In this document: positions 41,656 to 53,498 of the stretch, in pieces
Layout: every line of letters begins with the position of its first letter
Position numbering within the stretch: position 1 is the first letter of the stretch
Origin: an uncultured Gammaproteobacteria bacterium
Lineage (GTDB): Bacteria > Pseudomonadota > Gammaproteobacteria > UBA9214
Assembly (NCBI GenBank): GCA_963748215.1
Contig: CAVVHS010000009.1
Span: 192,001-256,000 of the forward strand
Length of the DNA: 64,000 nucleotides
Reading direction: 5' to 3'
The notes under the pieces: model-generated
Told to the model about the DNA's origin: nothing
What the model saw: the letters and a program-made list of their open reading frames with translations, nothing else
Database searches by the model: none
Program-made: the position numbers and the translations under genes

Positions 41656-43187
41656 TGGCGGCAGAAAAAATCCAGCTGGAGCACACGCTCGCCGGGCTGT
41701 TACAGGACTTCTGCGGCCCGGCGGTACGCCGAGACATCAGGGTCACCGGGCTGGCGATCGACAGTCGCAAGGTGCAGTCCGGCGACCTGTTCCTCGCCGT
41801 CGCGGGTACGCAGACGCACGGCCTGCAGCACGCGCGCCAGGCCGTTGCGCTGGGTGCCGTCGCGGTGGCGTGGGAGCCGGTGGAAGGCAATGCCGGGCTG
41901 GCCGAGATGGCGGCGCTGCTGCCGGCGCCGGTGGTGGCAATACCGAAGCTCGGCCAGGTGATCGGCCTGATCGCCGACCGCTTCTACGGCCACCCTTCGC
42001 GCGGCATGTTCATGATCGGCGTGACCGGTACCGACGGCAAGACATCCTGCAGTCATTTCATCGCACAGGCACTGAACAGCGCGGACCGCCGCTGCGGCCT
42101 GATCGGTACGCTGGGCTACGGGTTGTACGGCGAGCTCGCAACGGCGACACATACCACGCCGGATGCGCTCACCATGCAGCAGTTACTGCTTGCCATACAG
42201 CAACGCGGCGCACGCTGTGTCGTTTCCGAGGTTTCCTCACACGCCATGGACCAGGGACGGGTCCGTGGCGTGTATTTTGATCTGGCCGTGCTGACCAACC
42301 TGTCGCGCGACCATCTCGATTACCACGGCAATGTCGAGGCCTATGCCGAGGCCAAGCGCAAACTGTTCCACGCGGACGGCCTGCGCTATGCCGTGATCAA
42401 TGCCGACGACGGTTTCGGCAGCGCCCTGCTCGACGACATCCCGCCGGGCGTCGCACCGGTTGCCTACCGTCTGGAGAATGAACCGTTCCGTACGCGCTTT
42501 CCGGCGCAATGGGTGATCGGCCGCAACCTGCAAACCGACATGCACGGCATGCAGCTGGACGTGGTCACCCCGTGGGGCAGTGGCACGCTGCGCTGCAAGC
42601 TGCTGGGGCGTTTCAATGCCAGCAACCTGCTGGCCGCGCTGGCCAGCCTGTGCGTGTCGGGCCTGCCGTTCGACGAGGCGCTGCGGCGCCTGGCCCAGAC
42701 GCGCACCGTGCCCGGGCGCATGGAGTCGTTCACTGCCGGCAGCGGTCATCCGCTGGTGGTGGTCGACTACGCGCACACCCCGGCCGCGCTGAAGGCCGTA
42801 CTCAAGTCCCTGCGCGAGCATTGCAACGGCAAACTGTGGTGCGTGTTCGGTGCCGGCGGCGACCGCGACCGCGGCAAGCGGCCGGAGATGGGTGCCGCCG
42901 CGGAGTGCCACGCCGATCATCTCGTACTGACCGATGACAACCCGCGCACCGAGGACCCCCGGCAGATCGCCAGCGATATCTGTGCCGGTATCAAGCAGCC
43001 GCGCAAGGTGCACGTCGAGCACGATCGCGCACAGGCCATCGGCTGGGCGATGCGTGCGGCCGGTCCGGACGACATCGTGCTGATCGCCGGCAAGGGCCAC
43101 GAAACCGTGCAACAGGTGGGCCACCGGATGCTGCCGTTCAGTGACCGCGAGCGCGTGCAGGCCATGGCGCGGGAATGGGCGCAATGA
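41652..43187 (+). CDS. murE: UDP-MurNAc-tripeptide ligase (meso-DAP)
   Basis: GVTGTDGKT, DYAHTP, DNPR, AGKGHE. Confidence 0.98.
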   Translation: MMAAEKIQLEHTLAGLLQDFCGPAVRRDIRVTGLAIDSRKVQSGDLFLAVAGTQTHGLQHARQAVALGAVAVAWEPVEGNAGLAEMAALLPAPVVAIPKLGQVIGLIADRFYGHPSRGMFMIGVTGTDGKTSCSHFIAQALNSADRRCGLIGTLGYGLYGELATATHTTPDALTMQQLLLAIQQRGARCVVSEVSSHAMDQGRVRGVYFDLAVLTNLSRDHLDYHGNVEAYAEAKRKLFHADGLRYAVINADDGFGSALLDDIPPGVAPVAYRLENEPFRTRFPAQWVIGRNLQTDMHGMQLDVVTPWGSGTLRCKLLGRFNASNLLAALASLCVSGLPFDEALRRLAQTRTVPGRMESFTAGSGHPLVVVDYAHTPAALKAVLKSLREHCNGKLWCVFGAGGDRDRGKRPEMGAAAECHADHLVLTDDNPRTEDPRQIASDICAGIKQPRKVHVEHDRAQAIGWAMRAAGPDDIVLIAGKGHETVQQVGHRMLPFSDRERVQAMAREWAQ

Positions 43188-44560
43188 TGGCGATGCAACT
43201 CTCGGAAGCCGCACAGGTACTGTCTGCCGGGCTGACCGGCGCCGACGTGGCGTTTCGCGGCGTGAGCACCGACAGCCGCCGGCCCATGCCGGGGGCGCTG
43301 TTCTTCGCCCTGCAGGGCCCGAACTTCGATGGCCATGCCTACGTCGAGACCGCGCGCGCGCAGGGTGCGGCCGCGGCGGCGGTCAGCAAACCCTGCGCGT
43401 CACTGCTGCCGCAGATCACCGTCAGCGACACCCGCCTCGCGCTCGGCCAGCTTTCGGCGCACTGGCGCAGCCGCTTCGACATCCCGGTCATCGCCATCAC
43501 TGGCAGCAACGGCAAGACCACGGTACGCGCCATGACGGCTGCGATCCTGGCGCGCAGCGGGCGTGCGCTGTCGACCGAGGGCAACCTGAACAACGACATC
43601 GGCCTGCCGCTGACTCTCGCGCGGCTCGATGCGGCGGACGATTACGCGGTCATCGAAATGGGCGCCAACCATTCCGGCGAGATCGGCTACCTGACCGGCA
43701 TCGCGCGCCCCACTATCGGCGTGGTGACCAATGCCGGGCCGGCGCATCTCGAGGGTTTCGGCGACCTGCCCGGGGTGGCGCGCGCCAAGGGCGAACTGTT
43801 CGCCGGACTGGCTGCTGGCAGTGTCGCGGTGATCAACGCCGATGACGACTTTGCGCCGCTGTGGCGGGAACTGGCCGCGCACTGCCGCATTGTCGGGTTT
43901 GGCCTGCGTGCCGAATGCGATGTCACCGCACGCTGGGATGGCGATGCCGCTGGCAGCGCTATCGAACTGGTCACGCCGCAGGGCAACGTCGCACTGCACC
44001 TGCCGCTGCCGGGACGCCACAACGTGATGAATGCGCTGGCAGCGGCGGCCGTGGCACAGCAGGCAGGCGCCGGGCTGGACGACATCCGGCAGGGGCTGGA
44101 AGGGCTGGCGCCGGTTGCCGGTCGCTTCAATGTGCATCATCTGCCGGGTGATATCACGCTGATCGACGATACCTACAACGCGAATCCCGGTTCGCTGCAG
44201 GTCGCCATGGACGTGCTGGTGCAGGCCGACGGCGACACCTGGCTGGTGCTGGGCGATATGGGTGAACTCGGCGCCGGGGCCGCCGACCTGCACCGGCGCG
44301 CCGGCGAGCAGGCGCGTGCCGCCGGCGTCACGCGCGTGTATGGGCTGGGCGAACTGGCGCGCGCCACGGTCGAGGGTTTCGCCGGTCCCGGTGCGGCATT
44401 CGATTCGCTCGAGCAGCTGCTGGATGTTTTGCGCGAGGAGCTGCGCGGCCCGTTGCATATCCTGGTGAAAGGTTCGCGGCGCATGCGCATGGAGCGGGTG
44501 GTCGACGCACTGCTTGCCACACTGCAACCCGATGCACCGTCATCACGGGAGAACCACTGA
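43184..44560 (+). CDS. murF: UDP-MurNAc-pentapeptide ligase
   Basis: [29 protein letters not shown]. Confidence 0.98.
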   Translation: MMAMQLSEAAQVLSAGLTGADVAFRGVSTDSRRPMPGALFFALQGPNFDGHAYVETARAQGAAAAAVSKPCASLLPQITVSDTRLALGQLSAHWRSRFDIPVIAITGSNGKTTVRAMTAAILARSGRALSTEGNLNNDIGLPLTLARLDAADDYAVIEMGANHSGEIGYLTGIARPTIGVVTNAGPAHLEGFGDLPGVARAKGELFAGLAAGSVAVINADDDFAPLWRELAAHCRIVGFGLRAECDVTARWDGDAAGSAIELVTPQGNVALHLPLPGRHNVMNALAAAAVAQQAGAGLDDIRQGLEGLAPVAGRFNVHHLPGDITLIDDTYNANPGSLQVAMDVLVQADGDTWLVLGDMGELGAGAADLHRRAGEQARAAGVTRVYGLGELARATVEGFAGPGAAFDSLEQLLDVLREELRGPLHILVKGSRRMRMERVVDALLATLQPDAPSSRENH

Positions 44561-45642
44561 TGCTCCTTTCCCTGGCCGAGTACCTGAGTCAGTATCACAG
44601 CGGATTCAATGTATTCCAGTACCTGACCCTGCGCGCCATCCTTGGCGTGCTGACTGCGCTGGTGATTTCCTTCCTGATCGGTCCGGAGATGATCCGCCGG
44701 CTGGGCCGTTACCAGATCGGCCAGCCGGTGCGCGATGACGGACCGCAGACACACCTGGTCAAGGCCGGTACGCCGACCATGGGCGGCGCGCTGATCCTGG
44801 TCGCGGTGGCGATCGCCACCCTGCTGTGGGCGGACCTGACGAACCGCTACGTGTGGGTGGTGCTGCTGGTGACGCTGTCGTTTGGTGCCATCGGCTGGGT
44901 CGATGACTACCGCAAGCTGGTGCTGAAGAATTCGGCCGGCATCTCGGCGGGCACCAAGCTGGCCTGGCAGAGCCTCATCGCGCTGGCCGTCGCGGTGTTT
45001 CTCTACATGAGTGCCGCGTCGCCGGCGGAGACATCGCTGATCGTGCCCTTCTTCAAGGATATCGCGATCAACCTCGGCTGGTTCTACATCGTGCTGGCCT
45101 GGTTCGTCATCGTCGGCTCCAGCAACGCGGTCAACCTGACCGATGGCCTCGACGGGCTGGCCATCCTGCCGACCGTGCTGATCGCCGGTGCGCTGGCCGT
45201 GTTCGCCTACGCTACCGGCAACGTCAAGTTCGCCGTCTACCTCGGCATCCCCTACGTGCGCGATGCCGCCGAGATCGTCATCTTCTGCGGCGCGCTGGTC
45301 GGTGCCGGGCTCGGCTTTCTCTGGTTCAATGCCTATCCCGCCATGGTGTTCATGGGTGACGTGGGTGCGCTGGCGCTCGGCGCGGCGCTCGGCATCGTCG
45401 CCGTACTGGTGCGCCAGGAACTGGTGTTCATGGTCATGGCCGGTGTGTTCGTCATGGAAACGGTCTCGGTCATCCTGCAGGTCGGCTCGTACAAGCTGAC
45501 CGGGCGGCGCATTTTTCATATGGCGCCGCTGCATCACCATTTTGAATTGAAAGGCTGGCCCGAACCGCGTGTGATCGTGCGGTTCTGGATCGTGACCGTG
45601 ATCCTGGTGCTGGTCGGGCTGGCTACCCTGAAGATTCGCTGA
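44560..45642 (+). CDS. mraY: phospho-MurNAc-pentapeptide transferase
   Basis: [27 protein letters not shown]. Confidence 0.99.
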   Translation: MLLSLAEYLSQYHSGFNVFQYLTLRAILGVLTALVISFLIGPEMIRRLGRYQIGQPVRDDGPQTHLVKAGTPTMGGALILVAVAIATLLWADLTNRYVWVVLLVTLSFGAIGWVDDYRKLVLKNSAGISAGTKLAWQSLIALAVAVFLYMSAASPAETSLIVPFFKDIAINLGWFYIVLAWFVIVGSSNAVNLTDGLDGLAILPTVLIAGALAVFAYATGNVKFAVYLGIPYVRDAAEIVIFCGALVGAGLGFLWFNAYPAMVFMGDVGALALGAALGIVAVLVRQELVFMVMAGVFVMETVSVILQVGSYKLTGRRIFHMAPLHHHFELKGWPEPRVIVRFWIVTVILVLVGLATLKIR

Positions 45643-45732
45643 GGCGTAGCCCGGCAGGGCAGGGGTGCAGCAGGTGCGTAACAGGTATTGGTTGGCAATG
45701 AGTCGGATTTGATGGCGGTTTCGGAAACAGTT

Positions 45733-47079
45733 ATGGCGGAAATGTTTGACAAGGCGGGCAGAACGCTGGTGGTCGGTCTGGGCGAGACCGGGCTGTCGGT
45801 TGCGCGCTTTCTGTCGAGTCGCGGCGTACCGGTGGCGGTCGTCGACAGCCGTGCGCAGCCGCCCGGACTGGAACGCATGCGCAGCGGCGAGCTGGCCGAC
45901 GTGGCGTTGTTTCTCGGCGGCTTCAGCGACGAGGCCTTCGAGCGCGCCGAGTCGATCGTGCTCAGCCCCGGCATTCCGCTGGACGAGCCGCATGTCGCGG
46001 CAGCACGTGCGCGCGGCATCCCGGTCATCGGAGATATCGAGTTGTTCGCACAGGCCGCGGAGGCCCCCGTCATCGGAGTCACCGGGTCCAACGGCAAGAG
46101 CACGGTCGTGACCCTGCTGAGCGCGATGGCGCGTCGCGCCGGTATCGATGTGCGCACCGGCGGCAACATCGGCACGCCGGCGCTGGACCTGATCGAGGAC
46201 GACGAGCCGGCACTGTACGTGCTGGAGCTGTCGAGCTTCCAGCTCGAGACGGTGCACAGCCTGCGCCTGCAGGCCGCGGCCGTGCTGAATATCAGTGAAG
46301 ATCACATGGACCGTTACGATGATCTGGCCGACTACGCGGCGGCCAAGCAGGTGATCTACACCAGCGCCGACCTGCAGGTGGTGAATGCCGACGACCCGGT
46401 CGTGCTGGCACTGGCGGACCCCGCCCGGCCGCAGCTGCGTTTCACCCAGGGCGTACCGGCGGCCGGGGAATACGGGCTGGTGCAGCTGGACGGCGTGACC
46501 TGGCTGGCGCGCGGCAGCGAGCGGCTGTTGCCCGCAACCGCCATCCGGCTGGCCGGCCGGCACAACCTGGCCAATGCCCTGGCCGCACTGGCGCTGGGCG
46601 AGGCAGCGGGCCTGCCGCTGGATGCCATGCTGGAAACACTGGCCGAGTTCCAGGGCCTGCCGCACCGCATGCAGTTCGTCGCCGAGCAAGACGGCGTGCG
46701 CTGGTACAACGACTCCAAGGGGACCAACGTCGGTGCCACGCTGGCGGCGATCGAGGGTCTCGAGGGGCCGCTGGTGCTGATCGCCGGCGGCGATGGCAAG
46801 GGCGCGGATTTCACGCCGCTCGCCAACGCGCTGCGCGACAAGGCCCGCGGCTGCGTGCTGATCGGCCGCGACGCGCCGCTGCTCGAGGCGGTGCTGGCGG
46901 ACGTGGTGGCAGTCCGGCATGCCGCGGACATGGCCGGCGTCGTGCGCGAGGCGGTGGCGATGGCCATCCCGGGTGACACAGTGCTGTTGTCGCCGGCCTG
47001 TGCCAGCACCGACATGTTTCGCAACTATATCGAGCGCGGCGAGCTGTTCATGCGCGCCGTGCGGGAGTACGTCAGCTGA
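45733..47079 (+). CDS. murD: UDP-MurNAc-L-Ala:D-Glu ligase (start could be 45712)
   Basis: GLGETG, TGSNGKST, LELSSFQLE, NDSKGTN, LSPACAS. Confidence 0.98.
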   Translation: MAEMFDKAGRTLVVGLGETGLSVARFLSSRGVPVAVVDSRAQPPGLERMRSGELADVALFLGGFSDEAFERAESIVLSPGIPLDEPHVAAARARGIPVIGDIELFAQAAEAPVIGVTGSNGKSTVVTLLSAMARRAGIDVRTGGNIGTPALDLIEDDEPALYVLELSSFQLETVHSLRLQAAAVLNISEDHMDRYDDLADYAAAKQVIYTSADLQVVNADDPVVLALADPARPQLRFTQGVPAAGEYGLVQLDGVTWLARGSERLLPATAIRLAGRHNLANALAALALGEAAGLPLDAMLETLAEFQGLPHRMQFVAEQDGVRWYNDSKGTNVGATLAAIEGLEGPLVLIAGGDGKGADFTPLANALRDKARGCVLIGRDAPLLEAVLADVVAVRHAADMAGVVREAVAMAIPGDTVLLSPACASTDMFRNYIERGELFMRAVREYVS

Positions 47080-48290
47080 TGGCCGCCGCGAACCTGCAGG
47101 CAAGGCTGGTCGGGACGGGCGATGTGCGCCTGCCGCGGCTCGACTACACCCTGCTGGGGTGTGCGCTGGCACTGGCCTTGCTGGGACTGGTGATGGTGGC
47201 ATCCGCATCGATCACCATGGCCGATCGCGAACTGGGTCACCCGTTCTATTACGCGCTGCGTCAGGGCGTGTTCATCGGTCTCGGCCTGCTCGCCGGGCTG
47301 GCGTTGTTCCGGGTGCGGCTGGTCCTGCTCGACCGTATGGGCATGACATTGCTGCTCGGTGCCTTCCTGATGCTGTTGCTGGTGCTGGTGCCCGGCGTGG
47401 GTGTGAAGGTGAACGGCGCGGTGCGCTGGATCAACGCGGGCCTGTTTCGCCTGCAGGTGTCGGAGCCGGCAAAGCTGTTGTTCATTATCTACCTCGCCAG
47501 CTACCTGGCGCGGCACGGCGAAAGTGTGCGCAACCATGTATCCGGGTTCCTAAAGCCCGTCGGTCTGCTGCTGGCGATGGCCGTGCTGCTGTTGCTGGAG
47601 CCCGACTTCGGCGCCACCGTGGTGCTCGGCGCCACGGTGATGGGCATGATCTTCATGGCCGGCGTGAAACTCGTGCAGTTTTCCGGGATGCTGGGCCTGG
47701 CGGGCCTGCTGCTGGGCGGCGTGGCGGTGTCATCGAGCTATCGCATGGAACGGCTGAAGACCTTCCTCAATCCCTGGGCCGATCCCTTCGATTCCGGTTT
47801 CCAGCTGACCCAGTCGCTGATGGCCATCGGCCGCGGTGAATGGTTCGGTGTCGGTCTCGGCGCCAGTGTGCAGAAACTGTTCTACCTGCCGGAGGCGCAT
47901 ACCGATTTCGTGTTTGCCGTGACTGCCGAGGAGTTCGGCCTGCTGGGCGTGAGCGTCATTATCGCGCTGTACAGTGTGCTGGTGTGGCGTGCCTTCAGGA
48001 TTGCGGCGCAGGCCGGACAGGCCGAAAACCTGTTCGCGGCCAGCCTGGCCTACGGCATCGGCATCTGGTTCGGCCTGCAGAGCTTCATCAATATCGGTGT
48101 CAACATGGGCCTGTTGCCCACCAAGGGACTGACACTGCCGCTGATGAGTTACGGCGGTTCCAGCATGATCGTGATGTGCGCGGCCGTGGCCCTGTTGCTG
48201 CGCATCGATTATGAAACACGCTGCACCTGCGAAGGATTGCCGGCCAGCGGTACCGCGGCGGCGAAGCGCAACCGCAGGGTGGTCGCATGA
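47079..48290 (+). CDS. ftsW: SEDS peptidoglycan polymerase FtsW
   Basis: LQVSE, EPDFG, LPEAHTDF, PTKGLTLPLMSYGGSS. Confidence 0.98.
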   Translation: MAAANLQARLVGTGDVRLPRLDYTLLGCALALALLGLVMVASASITMADRELGHPFYYALRQGVFIGLGLLAGLALFRVRLVLLDRMGMTLLLGAFLMLLLVLVPGVGVKVNGAVRWINAGLFRLQVSEPAKLLFIIYLASYLARHGESVRNHVSGFLKPVGLLLAMAVLLLLEPDFGATVVLGATVMGMIFMAGVKLVQFSGMLGLAGLLLGGVAVSSSYRMERLKTFLNPWADPFDSGFQLTQSLMAIGRGEWFGVGLGASVQKLFYLPEAHTDFVFAVTAEEFGLLGVSVIIALYSVLVWRAFRIAAQAGQAENLFAASLAYGIGIWFGLQSFINIGVNMGLLPTKGLTLPLMSYGGSSMIVMCAAVALLLRIDYETRCTCEGLPASGTAAAKRNRRVVA

Positions 48291-49408
48291 TGGCCGGGCG
48301 CGCACCGAACCGGCCGGTCCTGATCATGGCCGGTGGCACCGGCGGGCACGTCTTCCCGGCGCTGGCCGTGGCCGAGGAACTGACCGCGCGCGGCGTAGCG
48401 GTGTCCTGGCTGGGCACGCGACGCGGCCTGGAGGCACGCGTGGTACCGGCGGCGGGTTACCCGCTGGAGACGGTGCGCGTGTCCGGGCTGCGTGGACGCG
48501 GACTGCTGCGCCTGCTGGCCGCACCGTTCATGCTGGCCGGTGCCCTGTACCAGGCACTGCGCATCGAATGGCGGCTGCGTCCGCTGGCCGTGCTCGGCAT
48601 GGGTGGTTTTGCCTCCGGCCCCGGCGGCGTGATCGCCTGGCTGCTGCGCCGGCCGCTGCTGATACACGAACAGAATTCGGTGGCCGGGACCACCAATCGC
48701 TGGCTGGCCCCGCTGGCGCGCACCGTGATGGTGGCGTTTCCGGGCAGCCTGGCCAGCAAGTACCGGCCGGTGCATACCGGCAACCCGATACGCGGTGCGA
48801 TTACCCGGCTGGCGGCACCGACCGAACGGTTCGCCGGGCGTGCCGGCCCCTTGCGCGTGCTGGTGGTCGGCGGCAGCCTGGGCGCCTCTGCGCTCAACAA
48901 CGTGGTGCCGGCCGCGCTGGCACAGCTGGCGGCATGTCCGGAGCTTTATCACCAGACCGGCAAGCAGGATGTGGAGCAGGTGCGCACGGCCTATGCAGCG
49001 GCCGGCATCGAGGCGCGGGTCGAGCCGTTTATCGAGGACATGGCCAGTGTCTATGCCTGGGCCGATCTGGTGATTTGCCGCGCCGGTGCGCTGACGGTGG
49101 CGGAACTGGCGGTGGTCGGCGTGGCAGCGATCCTGGTGCCGTTTCCGCATGCCACCGACGACCACCAGACCGGCAATGCGCATTTCCTCGCCGATGCCGG
49201 TGCGGCCATCCTGCTGCCGCAGGATGCACTGACGCCGGCCCGACTGACCGGCATCCTGGCTGATTTCACCGGGCAACGCGACGTGCTGCTGGAAATGGCC
49301 TGCCGTGCGCGTGCGCTGGCCATGCCGGACGCGGCGCGGCGTGTCGCCGAACTGTGCCTGCAGGCCGCCGGCGTCGACGGCCGCCCGTCTGCCGGAGGTG
49401 CGGCATGA
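48287..49408 (+). CDS. murG: lipid II GlcNAc transferase
   Basis: [26 protein letters not shown]. Confidence 0.98.
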   Translation: MMAGRAPNRPVLIMAGGTGGHVFPALAVAEELTARGVAVSWLGTRRGLEARVVPAAGYPLETVRVSGLRGRGLLRLLAAPFMLAGALYQALRIEWRLRPLAVLGMGGFASGPGGVIAWLLRRPLLIHEQNSVAGTTNRWLAPLARTVMVAFPGSLASKYRPVHTGNPIRGAITRLAAPTERFAGRAGPLRVLVVGGSLGASALNNVVPAALAQLAACPELYHQTGKQDVEQVRTAYAAAGIEARVEPFIEDMASVYAWADLVICRAGALTVAELAVVGVAAILVPFPHATDDHQTGNAHFLADAGAAILLPQDALTPARLTGILADFTGQRDVLLEMACRARALAMPDAARRVAELCLQAAGVDGRPSAGGAA

Positions 49409-50844
49409 GCATGCAGCAGCCGACGCGCGGCACGCATCCGCAGGGCATGGGTCGGGTACGACGCATGCATTTCGTCGGGATCGGTGGCGCCGGCATGAGC
49501 GGCATTGCCGAGGTATTGCACAATCTCGGCTACCAGGTCAGTGGCTCGGACATGCGCGAGAGCGCGGTGACGCGGCGGCTGGCGGCAATGGGGATACGGG
49601 TGATGATCGGTCATGCGGCCGACCATGTGGCCGACTGCGACGCAGTGGTGGTGTCGACCGCGATCAATGCGGACAACCCGGAACTCCTGGCGGCGCGTGA
49701 GCGGCGTATCCCGGTGGTGCCACGTGCCGAAATGCTGGCCGAACTGATGCGTTTCCGCTTCGGCATCGGCGTTGCCGGTACGCACGGCAAGACCACCACG
49801 ACCAGCCTGATCGCCAGCCTGCTGGCCGAAGGCGGCCTGGACCCCACCTTCGTCATCGGCGGCCTGCTCAACAGCGCGGCCAGCCATGCACAGCTCGGGG
49901 CCGGCCACTACCTGGTGGCGGAGGCCGACGAGAGCGATGCCTCGTTCCTTTACCTGCAGCCGTCGATTGCCGTGGTGACCAATATCGACGCCGACCACCT
50001 GTCGACCTACGGCGGCGACTTCGACCGGCTGCGCCAGACCTTCATCGACTACCTGCATCACCTGCCGTTCTACGGTCTGGCCGTGCTGTGTCTGGACGAC
50101 CCCGAGATCCGGAGCATTCTTCCCGAGGTCACGCGCCCGGTGACCACCTACGGACTCGATGCGACGGCCGATATCTTTGCCAGCGACGTACAGCAGGTCG
50201 GTGCACAGACCCATTTCAAGGTGCATCGCCAGGAACACGCGGCTCCGGTTTCCATCACGCTCAACCTGCCCGGGCGCCACAATGTGCAGAATGCGCTGGC
50301 GGCGATTGCGGTGGCAACCGAACTGGGCGTGTCGGATGCGAATATCCAGAAGGCGCTGCTGGAATTCCAGGGCATCGGTCGGCGCTTCCAGATCGCCGGC
50401 GAGATTCCCGTGGCGGCGGGCAAGGTACTGCTGATCGACGATTACGGCCACCATCCGCGCGAGCTGGCGCCGACCATCGCCGCGGCGCGTGCCGGCTGGC
50501 CCGACCGGCGTCTGGTGGTGGTGTTCCAGCCGCACCGTTACACGCGCACGCGCGACCTGTTCGACGATTTTGCGCAGGTACTGTCGGAGGTCGACGTGCT
50601 GGTACTGTGCGAGGTCTATGCCGCAGGCGAGGCACCCATCGCCGGCGCCGACGGCCGCGCGCTGGCACGCGGTATCCGCGCGCGCGGCCAGGTCGATCCG
50701 GTGTTCGTCGACGACCTGGACACGCTGCCGCACGTGCTCGGTGACCTGCTGATGGACGGCGATCTGCTGCTCACGCTGGGTGCGGGCGATATCGGTGCGG
50801 CCGCGCAGCGACTGGTCGTGGAACTGGCCGCAGGTGCAGGGTGA
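49405..50844 (+). CDS. murC: UDP-MurNAc:L-Ala ligase
   Basis: [30 protein letters not shown]. Confidence 0.98.
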   Translation: MSMQQPTRGTHPQGMGRVRRMHFVGIGGAGMSGIAEVLHNLGYQVSGSDMRESAVTRRLAAMGIRVMIGHAADHVADCDAVVVSTAINADNPELLAARERRIPVVPRAEMLAELMRFRFGIGVAGTHGKTTTTSLIASLLAEGGLDPTFVIGGLLNSAASHAQLGAGHYLVAEADESDASFLYLQPSIAVVTNIDADHLSTYGGDFDRLRQTFIDYLHHLPFYGLAVLCLDDPEIRSILPEVTRPVTTYGLDATADIFASDVQQVGAQTHFKVHRQEHAAPVSITLNLPGRHNVQNALAAIAVATELGVSDANIQKALLEFQGIGRRFQIAGEIPVAAGKVLLIDDYGHHPRELAPTIAAARAGWPDRRLVVVFQPHRYTRTRDLFDDFAQVLSEVDVLVLCEVYAAGEAPIAGADGRALARGIRARGQVDPVFVDDLDTLPHVLGDLLMDGDLLLTLGAGDIGAAAQRLVVELAAGAG

Positions 50845-50851
50845 ACAGGGG

Positions 50852-51754
50852 ATGATGGCGGCGCAACAAACACAGGCCTGGCGCGGTGACCTGCGGTTCG
50901 ACGAACCCATGGACCGTCACGTCAGCTGGCGTGCCGGCGGCAAGGCGCGGCGCTTCTTTCAGCCGGCCGACCTCGCCGACCTGTGCGCGTTTCTGCGCGA
51001 AATGGAACCGGCCGAGCCGTTGCTCTGGGTTGGGCTGGGCAGCAACCTGCTGGTGCGCGATGGCGGCTTTCCCGGCACGGTGCTGATGATGTTCGGCGCG
51101 CTGACAGGGCTGGACTGGCTGGATGCGCAGCTGTTGCGCACCGAGGCCGGGGTGAGCTGCGCCAAGGTCGCGCGTACCGCCAGCCGCAGCGGCCTGACCG
51201 GTGTGGAATTCCTCGCCGGCATCCCCGGCACCATGGGCGGTGCGCTGGCGATGAATGCCGGGGCGTTCGGCGGCGAGACCTGGTCGCACGTGGCAGCGGT
51301 GGAGACGGTCGACCGCCGGGGCAATCTGCAGACCCGCACTCCTGAGGAATTCCGCGTGGCCTATCGCTCGGTCGGCGGCAAGCCGGATGAATGGTTCGTC
51401 GCCGCCCACCTGGCGCTGGACAAGGGCGATGCCGTGCAGGCCCAGGCACGCATTCGCGAACTGCTGGCACGGCGCGGCGCCACCCAGCCGGTGCAGCAGT
51501 ACAGCTGTGGCTCGGTGTTCCGCAATCCGCCGGGTGATTACGCCGCGCGCCTGATCGAGGCCTGCGGTCTCAAGGGCAAACGGGTCGGCGGTGCGCAGGT
51601 GTCGGAGAAGCACGCAAATTTCATTATCAATACCGGCAATGCCAGCGCCGCGGATATCGAAACGCTGCTGTTGCAGGTACAGGGCACGGTCGAGCAGCAG
51701 CAGGGTGTGCGTCTGGAGACCGAGGTGCGCATCGTGGGAGAGCCGCCGGCATGA
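50852..51754 (+). CDS. murB: UDP-N-acetylenolpyruvoylglucosamine reductase
   Basis: GLGSNLLV, IPGTMGGA, GSVFRNP, SEKHANF. Confidence 0.98.
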   Translation: MMAAQQTQAWRGDLRFDEPMDRHVSWRAGGKARRFFQPADLADLCAFLREMEPAEPLLWVGLGSNLLVRDGGFPGTVLMMFGALTGLDWLDAQLLRTEAGVSCAKVARTASRSGLTGVEFLAGIPGTMGGALAMNAGAFGGETWSHVAAVETVDRRGNLQTRTPEEFRVAYRSVGGKPDEWFVAAHLALDKGDAVQAQARIRELLARRGATQPVQQYSCGSVFRNPPGDYAARLIEACGLKGKRVGGAQVSEKHANFIINTGNASAADIETLLLQVQGTVEQQQGVRLETEVRIVGEPPA

Positions 51755-52722
51755 GCGAACGTACCGATCCGCGTAGCTACGGCAAGGTTGCCGTGCTGCT
51801 TGGTGGTCGTTCGGCCGAGCGCGAGGTGTCGCTCAGGAGCGGCGCCGCAGTGCTCGCCGCGCTGCAGGCCGCCGGCGTCGATGCGCAGGCGGTGGACAGC
51901 GCGGAAGACGGCCTGCACGAGCGGCTTGTCAGTGGCGGTTACGCGCGCGCCTTCATCGCGCTGCACGGGCGCGGCGGCGAGGATGGCGTCATGCAGGGCA
52001 TGCTGGAAACGCTGGACATGCCCTATACCGGCAGCGGTGTGCTGGGTTCGGCGCTGGGTATGGACAAGTTGCGTACCAAGCAGATCTGGCAGAGCGCGGG
52101 TATCCCCACGCCGGATTTCGCCCAGCTGGAGAACGAGGAGGAGGTGGCCGCGCGGCGCGACAGCCTGCACTACCCGGTCATCGTCAAGCCGGCGCACGAA
52201 GGCTCCAGTATCGGTATCAGCAAGGTGGAGCGCGCGAGCGGATTACTGCAGGCATGGCAGGCGGCGGCGCGCTTCGACCGCAGCGTGCTGGTCGAGCAGT
52301 GGGTCGATGGTGTGGAATACACCACCGGCATCCTGGGCGAGACGGCCCTGCCGCTGATCCGGCTGGAGACGCCCCATGCGTTTTACGACTACGCGGCCAA
52401 GTACCAGGCGGATACCACGCGTTACATCATTCCATGCGGCCTTGATGCCGGCCACGAGCAGCAGTTGCAGCAGCTTTCCCTGCAGGCGTTTCGCGCGGTC
52501 GACGCGCATGGCTGGGGGCGCGTCGATTTCATGCTGGACGCTGCCGGCAGGCCCTGGTTTATCGAGGTCAACACGGTGCCGGGACTGACGGATCACAGCC
52601 TGGTGCCGATGGCGGCGCAGGCCAGCGGCGTGGCGTTCGGTGAACTGGTGCTGAAAATACTGGACAGCAGTTTCGCGCGGGACGCGACAGGACATGCGGG
52701 GGTGCAACATGCCCAGGGTTGA
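51751..52722 (+). CDS. ddl: D-alanine--D-alanine ligase
   Basis: GGRSAEREVSL, LHGRGGEDG, YDYAAKY, EVNTVPG. Confidence 0.98.
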   Translation: MSERTDPRSYGKVAVLLGGRSAEREVSLRSGAAVLAALQAAGVDAQAVDSAEDGLHERLVSGGYARAFIALHGRGGEDGVMQGMLETLDMPYTGSGVLGSALGMDKLRTKQIWQSAGIPTPDFAQLENEEEVAARRDSLHYPVIVKPAHEGSSIGISKVERASGLLQAWQAAARFDRSVLVEQWVDGVEYTTGILGETALPLIRLETPHAFYDYAAKYQADTTRYIIPCGLDAGHEQQLQQLSLQAFRAVDAHGWGRVDFMLDAAGRPWFIEVNTVPGLTDHSLVPMAAQASGVAFGELVLKILDSSFARDATGHAGVQHAQG

Positions 52723-53482
52723 GGCCGGTATCGGGACACAGCTTGCCGCGCTGCTGCGCGCCCGGGCACGCACCCTGTCCGGTCTGCTGCTGCTCGGCTT
52801 GCTCGGGGTGGCCACGCTGCAGGGCATGCGCTGGTTTTCCGATCCCTACCGCTTCCCGCTCGGTGTGGTCGAGGTGAAGGGCGACTTCCGCTACCTGCAG
52901 AAGGAGCAGTTGCAGGCGGCCGTGGCACCGCATGCGACCGGCGGATTTTTCACGGTCGACGTGGTGGCGATACGTGCCGCCGCCGAGGCCCTGCCCTGGG
53001 TTTACAAGGCCTCGGTGCAGCGTATCTGGCCGGAGACAGTGCGTGTACAGATCGAGGAACAGCAGCCGGTTGCCCACTGGCACGGGCAGGGCTTTCTGAA
53101 CCGCTACGGCGAGGCGTTTTTTCCGGAACAGGAGCAGCACGACACCGAACTGCCCTGGCTGGACGGGCCCGACGGCCAGGAGCGCAAGGTCCTGGAACGC
53201 TACCGGCAGGTCAGCGCGACGCTTTCGCCGCTGGGATTGCAGGTAGAGCGTCTGCAGGTCGACGGGCGCCGTGCGTGGGAGTTGCAGCTTGCCGGCGATA
53301 TCGCGCTGAAGCTCGGCCGCATGCAGCCCTGGCTGCGCCTGCAGCGCTTTGTCCGCGCCTGGCCCAGCGTGTTCGCGGCCAGGCTGGCGGATTTGCGTAC
53401 CGTCGACCTGCGTTACAGCAATGGATTCTCGGTGGTCTGGCAACAGACCGGCGGCAATGGTGAAACGGGCATCAAGGGTTAA
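52709..53482 (+). CDS. ftsQ: cell division protein FtsQ
   Basis: TM helix, POTRA-like LPWV...WP, VDLRYSNG. Confidence 0.95.
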   Translation: MPRVEAGIGTQLAALLRARARTLSGLLLLGLLGVATLQGMRWFSDPYRFPLGVVEVKGDFRYLQKEQLQAAVAPHATGGFFTVDVVAIRAAAEALPWVYKASVQRIWPETVRVQIEEQQPVAHWHGQGFLNRYGEAFFPEQEQHDTELPWLDGPDGQERKVLERYRQVSATLSPLGLQVERLQVDGRRAWELQLAGDIALKLGRMQPWLRLQRFVRAWPSVFAARLADLRTVDLRYSNGFSVVWQQTGGNGETGIKG

Positions 53483-53498
53483 CAGGATAAGGGTAAGG